Source of the DNA: an uncultured delta proteobacterium
GTDB taxonomy: Bacteria > Myxococcota > Myxococcia > Myxococcales > Myxococcaceae
Assembly: GCA_963771175.1 (NCBI GenBank)
Contig: CAVYSY010000006.1
Span: 107,103-171,102 of the forward strand
Direction: 5' to 3'
DNA: 64,000 nucleotides
The stretch's first letter is position 1, and each line of letters opens with the position of its first letter. The notes under the pieces were generated by a model that saw only the letters and a list, made by a program, of their open reading frames with translations, was not told the DNA's origin and did not search any database. Position numbers and translations under genes: made by a program. Below, one piece after another: positions 11,693 to 23,398 of the stretch.

Positions 11693-12235
11693 ATGCCGAT
11701 GAGCACGACGGGCCTGGTGGAGAGGCTGAAGGGGGCGGCGGTGAAGGTGGGCACCGAGGGGGTACGCAGGGTCGTGGAGGGCACCGTCGTGGCGGTGAAG
11801 ATGATGGACCGCCTCCAGGAGTTGCTGCCCGACCGGGAGCGGGTGATGCGGGTGACGCGCGAGCCGGCCCCGGGTGCCGGACAGCTCCGGGTGGAGGGGC
11901 CCGACCTGGAGCGCCCCATCCCCGCCCGCCCCGTCAGTGCCCGTCCCGTCACCACCCGCCGCCCGGCGAAGGTGTCGCGAGTCGAGGCGAAAGCCACGGC
12001 GGAGCGCGTGCTGGCGGAGGTCGAGGCCGTGCGGGAGCGCATCAAGGAAGCCCGCCCCGCGCGGCGCCCCCTGAAGGTCCGGTCCGACGTGGAGCTGCCG
12101 GAGGACACGCCGAAGCAGCGCAAGACGGCCCGGACGACGGGTCGCAAGACGAGTCCCCTGGCGGCCTCGGCCCCCAAGCGTGTCACGGCGAAGGCGGGCC
12201 TCAAGGCGAAGCGCGGACAGAAGCTCCGCCACTGA
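11693..12235 (+). CDS. Hypothetical basic protein
   Basis: GC3-biased ORF with SD-like GAGGAAGGG upstream; K/R-rich tail. Confidence 0.55.
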   Translation: MPMSTTGLVERLKGAAVKVGTEGVRRVVEGTVVAVKMMDRLQELLPDRERVMRVTREPAPGAGQLRVEGPDLERPIPARPVSARPVTTRRPAKVSRVEAKATAERVLAEVEAVRERIKEARPARRPLKVRSDVELPEDTPKQRKTARTTGRKTSPLAASAPKRVTAKAGLKAKRGQKLRH

Positions 12236-12249
12236 GCCGCCGGCCCGAG

Positions 12250-12831
12250 CTACCTGCGCGTCACCTTCGGCGAGGCGGTGGCGCGCGGAACCACCTTGCT
12301 GCGCATCCGCGAGCTCTTCATGGAAATGCCCGAGGCCTTCATCTGCGCGGCCTTCTCGGCGGCGAGCCGCTCGGCCTCGGCCTTGCGAGCGGTCTCGTCG
12401 GCGGCGAGCCGGGCGCGGTACTGGACGAGCGTCTCGCGCATTCCCTCGGCGGTGAGGTCCACCCGGGCCAGGTGCAGCCGGTAGAGCAGGTCCTCGCGGA
12501 GGGTGCCCTTGCCGCGCGCCTGCTCCACGGCGCCCGAGAGGCCGACGACGACCTTGGGCCGCTCCTCCTGCGTCTGCAGGCAGCGGACGATGAGCCCCTG
12601 GACCTGGGGATTGAGCTTGGACACGTCGGGGATGAACACCACCCCCCGGGGCTTGCGCAGCGCCTCGCTCACCAGCTCGGGCTGGCGGACCTCCACCAAC
12701 GGCCCCTCGTGGGAAAAGCTCCTCGCGGCGGCCGCCGCCCAGGTGCGCCGCTCGTCTTCCGTTCCCCCGGTCAACAGCACCGAGGCCCGGTTCGCCACGA
12801 GCTCCTCTTCGCGATAACCCCGCGGTGTCAA
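12250..12831 (-). CDS. Degenerate sigma54-activator/AAA-like ('Fis family') protein
   Basis: SVLLTG...VVFIPDVSKL...QGLIVRCL...GTLREDLLYRL resembles an NtrC AAA core lacking Walker A and GAFTGA. Confidence 0.55.
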   Translation of the reverse strand: MTPRGYREEELVANRASVLLTGGTEDERRTWAAAAARSFSHEGPLVEVRQPELVSEALRKPRGVVFIPDVSKLNPQVQGLIVRCLQTQEERPKVVVGLSGAVEQARGKGTLREDLLYRLHLARVDLTAEGMRETLVQYRARLAADETARKAEAERLAAEKAAQMKASGISMKSSRMRSKVVPRATASPKVTRR

Positions 12832-12923
12832 AGGCAGACCTCCCCCGTCATTGACTGCGTTGACAAAGCCTAACGCAAATCGGGTTTCTCGTCGAATCCC
12901 CCCAAGCACGCCAGGGCCGATAC

Positions 12924-14283
12924 TCAGGCGTGGAGGACCATGACGGGCCGCCGGCACTTCGCCACCAGGGCCCGGGCCACCGACTCGCTGAAGAAACCGG
13001 AATGACCCGGTGCGTCGGAAGTCCCCAGGCACACCAGGTCCACGCCCTCGCGCTCGGTGGCCTGGCAGATGGCGCGGGCCACGTCGTCGCCGGTGACGCC
13101 CTCCATCGTCCAGTGCACCTCCCGGGCCCCCTCCTCCCGGGGCACCAGCGAGCGCAGCCGCTCCATCACCCCCGAGCGCTCCGCCGGGGGCTCGGGCACC
13201 ACGCCGTATTGGTCCATCACCCACGCGCGCTCCGAGCCCCGACGCCGGTGCACGTGCAGCAGGTGCACCCGCCCCCCGGGACGCACCAGCGAGCGGGCCT
13301 GGGCGATGGCGCGAGCACTGGCCTCGGAGAAGTCCACCGGCACCAGCACGGCGCGCGGCGGCACGGCCTTGCGGGCCAGCGGCTGGGTGGGAGGCACGCA
13401 CGCCACGGACTGCTCGGCATGGCGCAGCACGCCCGCGGACACCGAGCCATGCCACAGCCGCGCCATCCCCCCGCGCTGGTGCGTCCCCACCACGACGAGG
13501 TCCACCCGCGCGCGCGTGCGCCACGTGCAGCAGGTGGTCCGCGGGGCGACCGAAGCCGGGCTCCAGGTGCAGCTCCAACCGGCCCTCGCCGGGGAGCTCT
13601 CCCACCCGCTCGGCCAGCTCGCGCAGCAGCACGCGCTCCACCTCGGGGTCCAACACCTCGATGCGGCGAACCCCCGGGTCGAGCAGCTCCAGGTGCACGG
13701 GGGTGTGGATGCCCAGCCGCTCGCGCTCCTCCACGGGCGAGCACACGGAGACGGCCACCACGTCACAGGGGCCCACGCGGCGCAGCTCGTGCAGCCAGGC
13801 GAGGGCGGCGGCGGCGGTGGGCGAGTCATCCGCCCCGACGAGCGTCAGCAACCGGCGCCGGCCTCGCGCCCAGTCGAGGAGCGACTCCCCATCGCGGCGC
13901 ACCACCAGCACCGGCCCATGGGCATGCTGCGCGACGCGCTCGTACACGGGGGCGCGACGCCAGGAGACGGGGCTCCAGCCCTCGGCGGCGAGGAGGAGCA
14001 GCCGGGCACCGCGGACGAGCTCGTCCTCGAGAAGCACGGTGCCAGGAGGGCCCTCCAGCAGCCGCACGTCCACCTGGAGACCCGGGGTGCGCAGCCGGGC
14101 GGCCTCGGCCTGGAGACGTCCGCGCGCCTCCTCCTGGGTGACGGGGGCCTCGGGAGCGGGGCGCTCCCGGTCGAGCACGCCGAGGAGCCACAGCGACTCC
14201 CCCAGCCGGGCGGCGATGGCCGCCGAGGCGGTGGCGGCGCGGGCCGCCGGTTCCGACAGATTCGTGACGCAGACCACCGGCAT
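12924..14283 (-). CDS. Tandem universal stress protein (frameshift near 13515)
   Basis: VVCVTNLSE, DLVVVGTH..GSVSAGVLRHA, VLVPVDFSEAS, SVARALVAKCRRPVMV. Confidence 0.85.
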
Positions 14284-14464
14284 GACGGCCTCCCACAGCG
14301 GGCGGACCCTTCACAGGGAAAACCCGCGCCGCAAGGATGACCATCGAGGGATGGCGGTGGAGCCCCCCCTCCCCGTGTCCTCGCGAGCACGTCCCTCCCC
14401 CCTCCCACCGGGAGCGGAGAAGAGAGGGAGGGAGGCTCGGGTGCCGGGAATACGGGGCGCGGAG

Positions 14465-14851
14465 CTACTTCGGCAGCAGCACCGAGTGCCCGTCGTATTG
14501 GGTGTGGTCCTGGTTGACCCCGTTGCCGCCGCGCAACCCATCCTGCCCGTTGTCCTGCAGGAAGGGCCGCTGCCCGTCGCTGGCATAGAGGTACGGGCGA
14601 CCCCAGGGGTTCTGCGGCACGGCCGGGAGGTACTTGGGCACGAGGAAGGAGAGGTCTCCCTCCTCGGGCAGGGAGCCGTGCTCGGCGCGGTAGGCCTCGA
14701 GGGCCGCGAGCACCCGGGTGAAGTCCGCGTGCACCTGGACCGCGGCGGGGTCGTGCTTGCCGCGGAGGCCGAGCACCACGATGACGCCGAGGAGCAGCAA
14801 GGCGATCGGCACGACAAAGAGCATCAGGTGGGGGCGGCGGCGTGGCGTCAC
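14465..14851 (-). CDS. GspG/T2SS pseudopilin-like protein
   Basis: TM helix then ALEAYRAEHGSLP, PQNPWGRPYLY, GQDGLRGGNG. Confidence 0.7.
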   Translation of the reverse strand: MTPRRRPHLMLFVVPIALLLLGVIVVLGLRGKHDPAAVQVHADFTRVLAALEAYRAEHGSLPEEGDLSFLVPKYLPAVPQNPWGRPYLYASDGQRPFLQDNGQDGLRGGNGVNQDHTQYDGHSVLLPK

Positions 14852-14871
14852 GGAGACCTCTCGGCCCACGC

Positions 14872-16431
14872 CTACCACAGCGCGCGGAAGAGCGGCACCG
14901 GATGTGGCTTGCCCTTGAGGCGCACGGGGGGCAGCTCCTCGAAGCCCGCCTCGTGACCGGCCAGCAGGGCGACGGTGCGCTCGCCCACCAGGATTTCACC
15001 CGGCCCGGCCAGGGCGCACAGGCGCGCGGCCACGTTCACCGCGTCGCCGATGCAGGTGTACTCGGTGCGCATGGCGCCGCCGATGTTGCCGGCCACCACC
15101 ATGCCCGAGTTGATGCCGATGCCCAGCTCGAGCGTGAGGGGCGGCCCTCGCGGGTGGCGGCCCACTCGGCCCGGGCGCGCTCCTTCAGCTCGACCTGAGG
15201 CCATCATCATCTTCGCGGACTGCAGCGCGCGCAGCGGGTCGTCCGCGCGGCCCACCGGGCGCGCCGAAGACGGCCATCAGCCCGTCGCCGAGGAACTTGT
15301 CCAGCGTGCCGCCGCAGGTCGAGCACCGCGTCGGACAGCCCGCCCAGCACCTGGTTGAGCACGCCGCACCACCTGCTCTGGCGGGAGGCTGCTCGGCGAG
15401 CCCGGTGAAGTTGCGGATGTCGGCGAAGAGGACGGTCACCTCGCGCTTCTCGCCGGTGAGCACCACCGCGTCGGGGCTCTTGAGAATCTCCTCCACCACC
15501 GCGTCGGAGGTGTAGCGGGCGAAGAGCTTGCGCATCCGCTCCGTCTCGCCGGTGCGGCGCATGACGCTCTCAATGCGCGCGGCGAGCTCGTCCATGGAGG
15601 CGCACTTGTTGACGTAGTCGTCGGCGCCGGCGCGCAGGCCCTTCACCCGCTCGGTGTCGGTGTCGTTGGCGGTGAGGATGATGACGGGCACCGCGCCGGG
15701 TGGGGCCTTCCTTGAGGCGCCGGCACAGCTCCATGCCGTCGAGGCCGGGCATGTCCAGGTCGGTCAGGACGATGGCCGGCTGCACCTTGCCCACGCTGCT
15801 CCAGGGCCTCGTAGGGGTCCTGGAAGCACACCACCTCGTAGCCGAGCGACACGAGGCCCTCCTGCACGAAGGCGCAGGCCAGGGGGCTGTCGTCCACCAC
15901 CATGACGCGGTGGTGGCCCCCCTCCTGCGCCGGCACGCTCGGGGTGGCCTCCTGACGGCCGGCGAGGCGGCCCTGGAGGCTGAGGCCCTCGTAGAGCTGC
16001 TTGTAGGAGCAGAACCCGTTCTGCACGAGGATTTCGCCCAGCTTGCGGCCGGTGCGGCGCTGGAGGGCGAGCGCCTCGTCGAGCTGCGACTCGGTGAGGT
16101 ACTTGAGGCCCACGAGCAGCTCGCCCAGCGGGGGATGGTCGGGGGCGGAGCCCTGGGGCGCGTGGTGCAGGCCGAGCGCCTCGCCGAGGGCGTCCTGAAT
16201 CTGCTGGCGGGTGACGTAGCCGAGCGAGATGAGGGCCTCGCCGAGCCGCTGGCCATTGAGGGACTGAAGGGCGAGGGCCTCCTCAATCTGATTGGGCGTG
16301 ACGATGCCGAGCTTGAGCAGGAGCTCGCCGAAGAGAGGGCTGTCCGCGCGAACCGCGGGGCGGTTGCCGCCATCGGCGCGCGCAGCGGGCGCCAGGGGCT
16401 CCAGGACAGGACGGGTCAACGGGCTCTCCAC
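14872..16431 (-). CDS. MshEN-repeat + receiver + class III adenylate/guanylate cyclase (frameshifted)
   Basis: Four LGExL..xG/xK..T..Q...AL motifs; VMVVDDS...LTDLDMP (REC); [33 protein letters not shown] (cyclase). Confidence 0.85.
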
Positions 16432-16574
16432 CTTCCGAAAAGGGTGACTCCGGGGTCACAGCGTACCCCAGCCTCCCGGGTGGAGAAATCCGCAGTCACA
16501 CTCCCCCGCCCGGTCTCCAGGCGAGCATCGGAAACCTCGCGAACCCCGCCCTCTCCGGATAAGGGCCCCGTGCC

Positions 16575-19439
16575 CTACCCCCGAGGCAGCTCCACGGTGA
16601 AGGTGGAGCCCTCGCCCGGAGCGCTCCGCACGAGGATGTGGCCGCCGTGGGACTCGATGATTTCGCGCGAAATCCACAGCCCCAGGCCGAGCCCCTGGAA
16701 CTCCTTGCTCGTCACCGCGCGCTCGAAGCGGTCGAAGATGCGGGACTGGTCCTCGGGGGCGATGCCAATCCCGGAGTCCTTCACCACCAGCCGGACGAGC
16801 CCCTCGCCCGCGGACTCCACACGCACCTCCACCGGCTGGCCGCGCCCGTACTTGGCCGCGTTGGACAGCAGGTTGCCCACCACCTGCTCCAGCCGCACCC
16901 GGTCCCAGCGCCCCACCACCTGCGCGTCCGCCACCAGCTTCACCTCGCTGCCCGCGCGGGCGAGCGCCTCGGACATGCGCCCCACCGCGTCGCGAGTGAG
17001 CGCCGCCAGGTCCACCTCCTCGCGCTCCAGCTTCATCCGCCCCGCGGTGATGCGGCCCGCGTCCAGCAACTCGTCGATGAGCGCGCCGAGCCGCTCGCTG
17101 GTGCGCTCGGCCTTCTCCACGCGCTGGGCCAGCCCCGGCGTGGTGGCCACGTCCCGCGCCACGCGCGCCAGCATCTGGATTTGCAGCCGCAGCGCGCTCA
17201 GCGGCGTCTTCAGCTCGTGTCCCGCCACCGAGAGGAAGTCGTCGCGCAACCGCACCGCCTCGGTGGCCGCGCCGTACAGCCGCGCGTCCTCGATGGCCAG
17301 CGCCGCCCGCTCCGCCAGACTCTGGAGGAGCATCTGGTCCTCCTCGTTGAAGGGGCGGCCCCCGGCCACGTCCCGCACCACGCCCAGGGTGCCGAACACC
17401 CGCCCCTTGGCCGCCAGCGGCACCACCAGCAGGCTCTGCGGGCCGTAGCGCTCCAGATAGGGCAGGTACTCCGGCAGCGAGCCCATGGAGCGCGCATCGT
17501 CCATATCCACGTCCGGCAGCAGCACCGCGCGCCCCTGGGACACGACGGTGCCGTGGAGCCCCTCGCCCAGCCCCTGCCGGCGCGCGTGCACCGTGCCGGC
17601 CAGCAACCAGCGCGCCTCCGGGTCCGGGTGGTGGATGGTGACGGGCTCCAGGAAGGCCCCGTCCTCGGCCATGAGCTGCAACACGCACCCGTCGCCGATG
17701 ACCTCGGACACCTTGCGCGCAATCACATCCAGCACCGCGGGCAGGTCCAACCCCGCCTCGGCCAGCAGCCGATCCACCTCCACGAGGATGCGCAGGCGCG
17801 CGGCGTTCCACCGGGACTCGGCCTCCGCGGCCCGGGCCTTGCGCAGCAGGCGCGCGTTGTCGATGGCCATCCCCGCGCGCGCCGCCAGGTCCTCCGCCAG
17901 CGAGCGGTCCGCATCGGTGAAGGGCTCTCGCGCCGGCCCGCGCACGAAGGACATGGCCCCCAGGGTGCGCTGGCGCGCCATCAGCGGCACGATGATGAAC
18001 GAGCCCCCCGCTGGCTTCTCCCCGGACCGGTCCTCCTCCTTCCGCGTGAAGGGAGGCACCAGCCCGGTGACGAGCTGCGAGCGTCCGGTGCGCACCACGT
18101 CCGTGATGGCCGAGGGCCTCGCGCGCTCCGGGGAGTAGCCTTCAATCTCGTCATGCAGCAGCCCGCGCTCGGGCCGCGAGTGCTGCACGGTGAGCCGCCG
18201 CAGGGCGCCGCGGTCGTCGAGGAAGTCCACCGCGCACCAGTCCGAGAAGCCCCCCACCGCGAGCCGAGCCACCCCGGCCACCGTCGTCTCCCACTCCAGC
18301 GAGCCGGACAGCAGCACGCCCGCGTCCGCCAGCAGTTGCAGCCGCTGCCCGGCGGCCTCGGCCTGGAGCCGCGCCTCGCGCTCGTTCTCGTACAGGCGCG
18401 CCCGCTCCAGGGCCTGCGCGCACTGGCGGGCCAGCCCCAGCATGAGGGTGCGCTCCAGCTCGGTGAAGCGCCGCGCCTGCGCGAAGCCGAAGGCCAGCAC
18501 GCCCAGGCAGCGGTGCTCCACCATCAACGGTAGGAAGGCGAAGGCCTGCCGGGACAGGAGCGTCATGAGCGGGGCGAAGCCGGGGTAGCGCGCGCGCGCG
18601 TCCTCCGGCGACTCCACCCACACCGGCAGGCCGCGCGTCGCCTCGTCGAAGCCGGGCACGTCCGAGCGCAGGGGCATCTTCCGGAAGGGGGCCACCTCCT
18701 CCTCGCCGCAGCCCACCACGGCGATCAGCTCCACCGACTTCCCATCCGCCGAGGCCTGGTGCACGGTGCCGCCCACCGCGCCCACGGCGGGCACGCCCAG
18801 CTCCAGCACGGCGCGCCCCACGTCCTCGCGGGTGAGGGCGCGACCGAAGGCCTCCGTCACCGCCTGGATGCTGGTGAGGCGCAGCAGCTCGGCCTGCTCG
18901 GCCTCGGCACGGGCCTGCAGCGCGGCGGTGCGCCCGGACTCCACCAGCCGACCGCGCTCGATGGCCAGCCCCGCGAGCTGCGCGTACAGGGTGAAGCGCC
19001 GCGTCTCCTCCGGGCAGAAGACGCGCGGCACGGGCGACACCCCCAGCAGCGTGCCCACGCAGCTCCCATTCGAGGCCAGCACCGGCAGGGCCAGCAGCGA
19101 CGAGGCCCCCAGCCGCTCCACCGTGGCGGCGAACGCGTGCTCCATCCTCGACTCGCCCAGGTGGAACTCCAACGGGGTGGACTCCAGACGCCCCTGCTCC
19201 AGCAGCCACCGCGCACACGCGGCCACCGCCTCGGGCGGCAGCCCGGGCGAGGCTTGGGTCAACAACGCCCCGGCTGGCTCCCTCCAGGCGATGGCCGCGC
19301 GCTCCAGGCCGAGAGAGGCCGCGGAGCACCGCGCCACCTCCGCCAGCACGGCCGTCGCCGATGAAGCGGACGCGAGCTGCTCCAGCGCGCGCGAGATGCG
19401 CTCCACCGCCGCGACCAGACTGCCTCCGGGCATGTGCAT
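16575..19439 (-). CDS. Multi-GAF sensor histidine kinase
   Basis: Four GAF-like segments, AGHELKTPL, NLLSNAAKY, DSGIGI, GLGLGL. Confidence 0.9.
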   Translation of the reverse strand: MHMPGGSLVAAVERISRALEQLASASSATAVLAEVARCSAASLGLERAAIAWREPAGALLTQASPGLPPEAVAACARWLLEQGRLESTPLEFHLGESRMEHAFAATVERLGASSLLALPVLASNGSCVGTLLGVSPVPRVFCPEETRRFTLYAQLAGLAIERGRLVESGRTAALQARAEAEQAELLRLTSIQAVTEAFGRALTREDVGRAVLELGVPAVGAVGGTVHQASADGKSVELIAVVGCGEEEVAPFRKMPLRSDVPGFDEATRGLPVWVESPEDARARYPGFAPLMTLLSRQAFAFLPLMVEHRCLGVLAFGFAQARRFTELERTLMLGLARQCAQALERARLYENEREARLQAEAAGQRLQLLADAGVLLSGSLEWETTVAGVARLAVGGFSDWCAVDFLDDRGALRRLTVQHSRPERGLLHDEIEGYSPERARPSAITDVVRTGRSQLVTGLVPPFTRKEEDRSGEKPAGGSFIIVPLMARQRTLGAMSFVRGPAREPFTDADRSLAEDLAARAGMAIDNARLLRKARAAEAESRWNAARLRILVEVDRLLAEAGLDLPAVLDVIARKVSEVIGDGCVLQLMAEDGAFLEPVTIHHPDPEARWLLAGTVHARRQGLGEGLHGTVVSQGRAVLLPDVDMDDARSMGSLPEYLPYLERYGPQSLLVVPLAAKGRVFGTLGVVRDVAGGRPFNEEDQMLLQSLAERAALAIEDARLYGAATEAVRLRDDFLSVAGHELKTPLSALRLQIQMLARVARDVATTPGLAQRVEKAERTSERLGALIDELLDAGRITAGRMKLEREEVDLAALTRDAVGRMSEALARAGSEVKLVADAQVVGRWDRVRLEQVVGNLLSNAAKYGRGQPVEVRVESAGEGLVRLVVKDSGIGIAPEDQSRIFDRFERAVTSKEFQGLGLGLWISREIIESHGGHILVRSAPGEGSTFTVELPRG

Positions 19440-19585
19440 GCCCCACCCCCCAGCCCGATCCACACCAGCACCGGGCGTGAAGAGGAGTTTTCCATGATTT
19501 CCCGCCGTCGCCCACCCGCGCCCGAGCGGAGCGTCCGCTACAGGATGAACGGAAACCTCCGTTCTGTCCGGGCGTCCACCACCGC

Positions 19586-20707
19586 TCAGTGCTCTACGAC
19601 ACTGAGGAGGGCGAAGACGATCTCCAGGACGATGAGGAGCACGACGGTGAGCTCGAGGGTGTGGCTTCTATCCGTGTCCACCTCGCCCTTGAGCAGCCCG
19701 TAGGTCTGGGCGAGGAGCTGCTGCTTGCGCGTCACCGAGGCCTGCCAGGCGGGGATGCGCATGCGCTTGACGGCGGCCTCGTACACCTTGGCCAGGTAGA
19801 AATCGCCGATGATTTTGAGGCTGTTCTCCACGCGCTCGATGAACTCGTTGAGGTCCACCAGGGTGGCGAGCGTCTCGCGGGCCAGGGCGCGGTAGGGGCT
19901 GCGGAACAGGGCCCGGAAGCCATGGCGTCGAGCCTGCACCTGGTCATGGGTGCGGCCGATGTGGGCATCCAGCAGGTAGTCGTAGTAGCGGAACTCCAGG
20001 AGCTGGGCGTTGGCCACCTCCAACAAGTCCGGGATGTCGCTGGAGCCGGAGGGCTCGTAGACGAAGGCGCTGTTCCAGTCCACGACGACCAGGTCATCCA
20101 CGGTGTAGCTGAAGCGGGACTGGGTGACGGACTCGCGCTCGCGCGCCGAGAGCGGCTTGTCGTCGACCTCCCCCAGCAGCACCCGGGCGAGGTCCGCGCG
20201 GGCCATCAGCTCCTCGGCGGAGGGGTTGCCCTGAATCCGCTCGACGAAGAGGACGGTGTAGCTCTCGTTCTGCTCCCACAGGTGCGGCCCCTGCACGGCG
20301 GGAGCAATCATCATCCGCACCGACTCGATGAGCTCCAGGGCGAGCTCCTCCAGGGCCACGCTGTCGTACAGCTCATCGGCGAGCGCGGTGAGCGCCTCGA
20401 AGGAGGTGCCCGAGGGGACGGGGACGCGGAGGATGATGGAGGCGGCGCCGTGGTCGAAGAGGCGCGCCGTCACGTCCACGGTGACGGGCCCGTGGCGCAG
20501 GGCGAGGGGGCGCCGCCCCAGCTCGAAGGCCAGGGGCGGGTTGGGGAGCTGGAGGTACTGGCTGTTCTCCCGGCCGAGCTTGAGGCGGCGGGTGTCCGAG
20601 GTGAGGACGCGGCGGGCCTGCTCGAGGTTGAGCTCCTCGGCGATGTCAAAGGTGCGGTAACAGAGGACGTGAGCCTTCTCGAAGACGAGCGGAGCCGCGG
20701 ACATCAT
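19586..20707 (-). CDS. Conserved membrane-anchored protein (RMD1/DUF155-like)
   Basis: ANAQLLEFRYYD; C-terminal LELTVVLLIVLEI. Confidence 0.6.
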   Translation of the reverse strand: MMSAAPLVFEKAHVLCYRTFDIAEELNLEQARRVLTSDTRRLKLGRENSQYLQLPNPPLAFELGRRPLALRHGPVTVDVTARLFDHGAASIILRVPVPSGTSFEALTALADELYDSVALEELALELIESVRMMIAPAVQGPHLWEQNESYTVLFVERIQGNPSAEELMARADLARVLLGEVDDKPLSARERESVTQSRFSYTVDDLVVVDWNSAFVYEPSGSSDIPDLLEVANAQLLEFRYYDYLLDAHIGRTHDQVQARRHGFRALFRSPYRALARETLATLVDLNEFIERVENSLKIIGDFYLAKVYEAAVKRMRIPAWQASVTRKQQLLAQTYGLLKGEVDTDRSHTLELTVVLLIVLEIVFALLSVVEH

Positions 20708-20728
20708 AAGAGGCCACAGCTTAGCCCC

Positions 20729-21283
20729 TCACTCGGCCCACAGGAGGCGCAACGGCAGCTCCAGCGCGCTGAAAGGTTCGGCACGAACGGTCTCCGAGCC
20801 CGAGTGCAGCTCACGCAGCGCGTAGCGACGGCCGTCGAGCTCGAGCTCCTCCAGGGTGCGGACCTCGGGGTCCACCAGCCACACGTGGCGGATGCCCTCG
20901 CGGGCGTAGAGGGGGAGGAGCTGGGCGCGCTCCTCGGGGTGGGAGAGCACCTCGCAGACCCAGTCCGGGGCGAGCGCGATGCCGGAGGAGCCCCGGGGCA
21001 TGCGGGGGAGGTGCTCGCGCCGCCAGCCCATCAGGTCCGGGGCGAGGACGCTCTGGCCGAGGTGGATTTCCAACCCGGAGAGCAGGAGCCAGGAGCCGGA
21101 GACGCCGCGGCCGGCGCCGTAGGTGGAGATGAGCTCGGCGCTGAGCTGGGAGGCGGCGTAGGCATGGAGCGCGGCGGCCCGGGGGTTGAAGGGACGCACG
21201 GCCCTCGGGAGGGCCCCCGGCCGGCGGGAGGGGTAGGCCTCGAGGTGGGCGGTGACAGGGCTTCCGAGCATCAGGGCGTTCAT
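20729..21283 (-). CDS. Uma2-family PD-(D/E)xK endonuclease-like protein
   Basis: PDLMGWRRE, APDWVCEVLS, GIRHVWLVDP. Confidence 0.85.
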   Translation of the reverse strand: MNALMLGSPVTAHLEAYPSRRPGALPRAVRPFNPRAAALHAYAASQLSAELISTYGAGRGVSGSWLLLSGLEIHLGQSVLAPDLMGWRREHLPRMPRGSSGIALAPDWVCEVLSHPEERAQLLPLYAREGIRHVWLVDPEVRTLEELELDGRRYALRELHSGSETVRAEPFSALELPLRLLWAE

Positions 21284-21327
21284 GGGGCGCCACCATGCCG
21301 GAGGGGTCTGACATGCCCGGGGGGAGG

Positions 21328-22079
21328 CTAGTCCCCGCCCTCGGGGCGGGAGAGGGCGTCGGAGAAATCCAGCTGGGTGGAGAGGCTGTCGGCGAAGCGC
21401 TGGGCGCAGTCCGGGGAGGGGCTGGGGACGAGGGCGCACTGGCGGCGGGCGAGGGCCTCGGGGCCGGAGGCGGCGCGCTCCAGCCGCTCGTTGTAGGGCT
21501 TCCAGTCGTCCTGGGAGAGCGGGCGCACGGGGAGGTCGGACTCCTCGACGTGGACGGGGGCGCGGGCGGCGGCCTGCTGGGCGCGGGTGCGGTAGGACTG
21601 GAGGGACTCGCGGGCCTTGCGAGCCGGCTCGGCGAAGCCCTGGAGGGCCTGTCGAAGGGCCCTCCAGTCGTTGCGCGCCCAGGCATCGGCGAAGAAGCCG
21701 CGCCAGGCGAACTGCCGCTGCAGGCAGCCGCTCTCGGTGAAACCATAGCCGGTGCCCATGGAGCGCTCACCGGTGGAGAGGTCGACCCAGTGGCCTCCTC
21801 GACGGCGGCGCAGGCCTCGGCCACCCAGCGGTTGTAGTCGGCCTGCAAGGCCATCCACTCCGCAGACGGACGGGCTTCTGCTTCTTGAGGGGGAGGAGCG
21901 ATCTTGTCCAGCGCCTTGTTCATGGACCTGCGCAGGCACTCGGCGCGCTGCTGCTCCACGAACTTCACTCGATATTGGAATCGGCGGCCTGCTTCGGCGG
22001 AGGGCAGGCCTTCTTCGCCCAGGCCTCGACGGGACTCGGGATTGGCGGCGAGCACGGCGGCGAGGGTGAACGCGAGCAT
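21328..22079 (-). CDS. Hypothetical secreted Cys-containing helical protein (frameshifted)
   Basis: Short signal [12 protein letters not shown]; reads on across frames ([12 protein letters not shown]...ESGCLQRQ). Confidence 0.5.
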
Positions 22080-22399
22080 GGCCCCGCTCTAGCACGGGGA
22101 GGAGGGAGCCCCGAGCACCCTCCGCCAGGAGTGAACAGTCAGTCTCGCGGCTCGTGCGGGGGATAGGCGATCGGCTTGCCGGGGCCGGGGGCGTCATCCG
22201 GCAGGTTGCCGATGTGCCCGGGCGTGGGCACGGGGCCGCTCTCCCGCCTGCGCGCTTGAGCTCCTCCTCGTCGTCGGGAAGCCGGGGCTCGTGCTTCGGC
22301 CTGCTCGTGCTCACCCATGGTGCGTCCTCCCTTGTCCTGCTCAACGCTAGGGAGCACTCCGACAGCATGGCGCGCGGCAGGCCCGGGACGGCGCGCCCA

Positions 22400-23267
22400 G
22401 GACCTGCGCGGCCTGGGGGCGGCGCCAGCTCGGTGCGCACGTCCCACAGCTCCGGGAAGAAGCGCAGGTCCAACGCCTTGCGCAGGAAGCCCACGCCCGA
22501 GGAGCCGCCCGTGCCCTGCTTGAAGCCGATGATGCGCTGCACCGTCATCATGTGGCGGTAGCGCCAGAGCTGGAAGCGCTCCTCGACGTCCACCAGCTTC
22601 TCGGCCATCTCGTAGGCGTCCCAGTGCTGCTCGGTGTTCTCGTAGATGCGGCGGAACACCTCCATCACCTGCGGCGCTCTTCTCGTAGGGCTGGCGCCAG
22701 TCGCGCTCCACGCGGTCGGCGGGCACCGGCGTGGCCCTTGCGCGCCAGGTAGCGCAGGAACTCGTCGTACACGCTGGGCGAGCTCCAGGCAGCCGCTCCA
22801 GCTCCGCGTGCACGCGCGGGCATGTGCTTGAAGGGCGCGAGCGCCTGCTCGTCCTTGTTGCCCAGCAGGAACTCCACCGCGCGGTACTGGTAGCTCTGGA
22901 AGCCCGAGGCCGGCCCCAGCGCGTCGCGGAACTCGAGGTACTCGTTGGGCGTGAGCGTCTCCAGCACGCTCCACTGCTCGAAGAGCATCCGCTGGATGTG
23001 CCCCACGCGCGCGAAAATCTTGAACGAGGGCTCCAGCTTGTCCGCCTGGATGTAGCGGATGCACGGCGGCGTCAGCTCGTGGATGAGCAGCTTCATCCAC
23101 AGCTCGCTCGTCTGGTGCTGGATGATGAAGAGCAGCTCGTCGTGGTGCGGCGGCTGCGAGCGCGGCACCTGCGCGGCCAGCAGCCGGTCCAGCTGCAGGT
23201 AGTCGCCGTACGTGGTCCGTCCGGCCAGCTCGGTGTGGATGCCGGGTTCCAGCTCGCGCTTGTTCAT
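22400..23267 (-). CDS. kynA: Tryptophan 2,3-dioxygenase (frameshifted; 3' end approximate)
   Basis: [59 protein letters not shown]. Confidence 0.92.
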
Positions 23268-23398
23268 GCGGCATCATGACCGGAATGCACGGAGCACGCA
23301 CCGCCGGGCCGCACGACACCGGCGTCCCGTCCGCAGCGGCGGAGCGAGGGCCCGCACGCCCGGACTCCCACCGCGAGCCGGGGAGGGTGCGAGCGCGG

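Noticed and set aside
12250..14283. 677-aa USP-AAA fusion in the ORF track
   Set aside because: A frameshift near 13515 creates the read-through. The USP ends at 12924, and a promoter-like gap separates the two genes.
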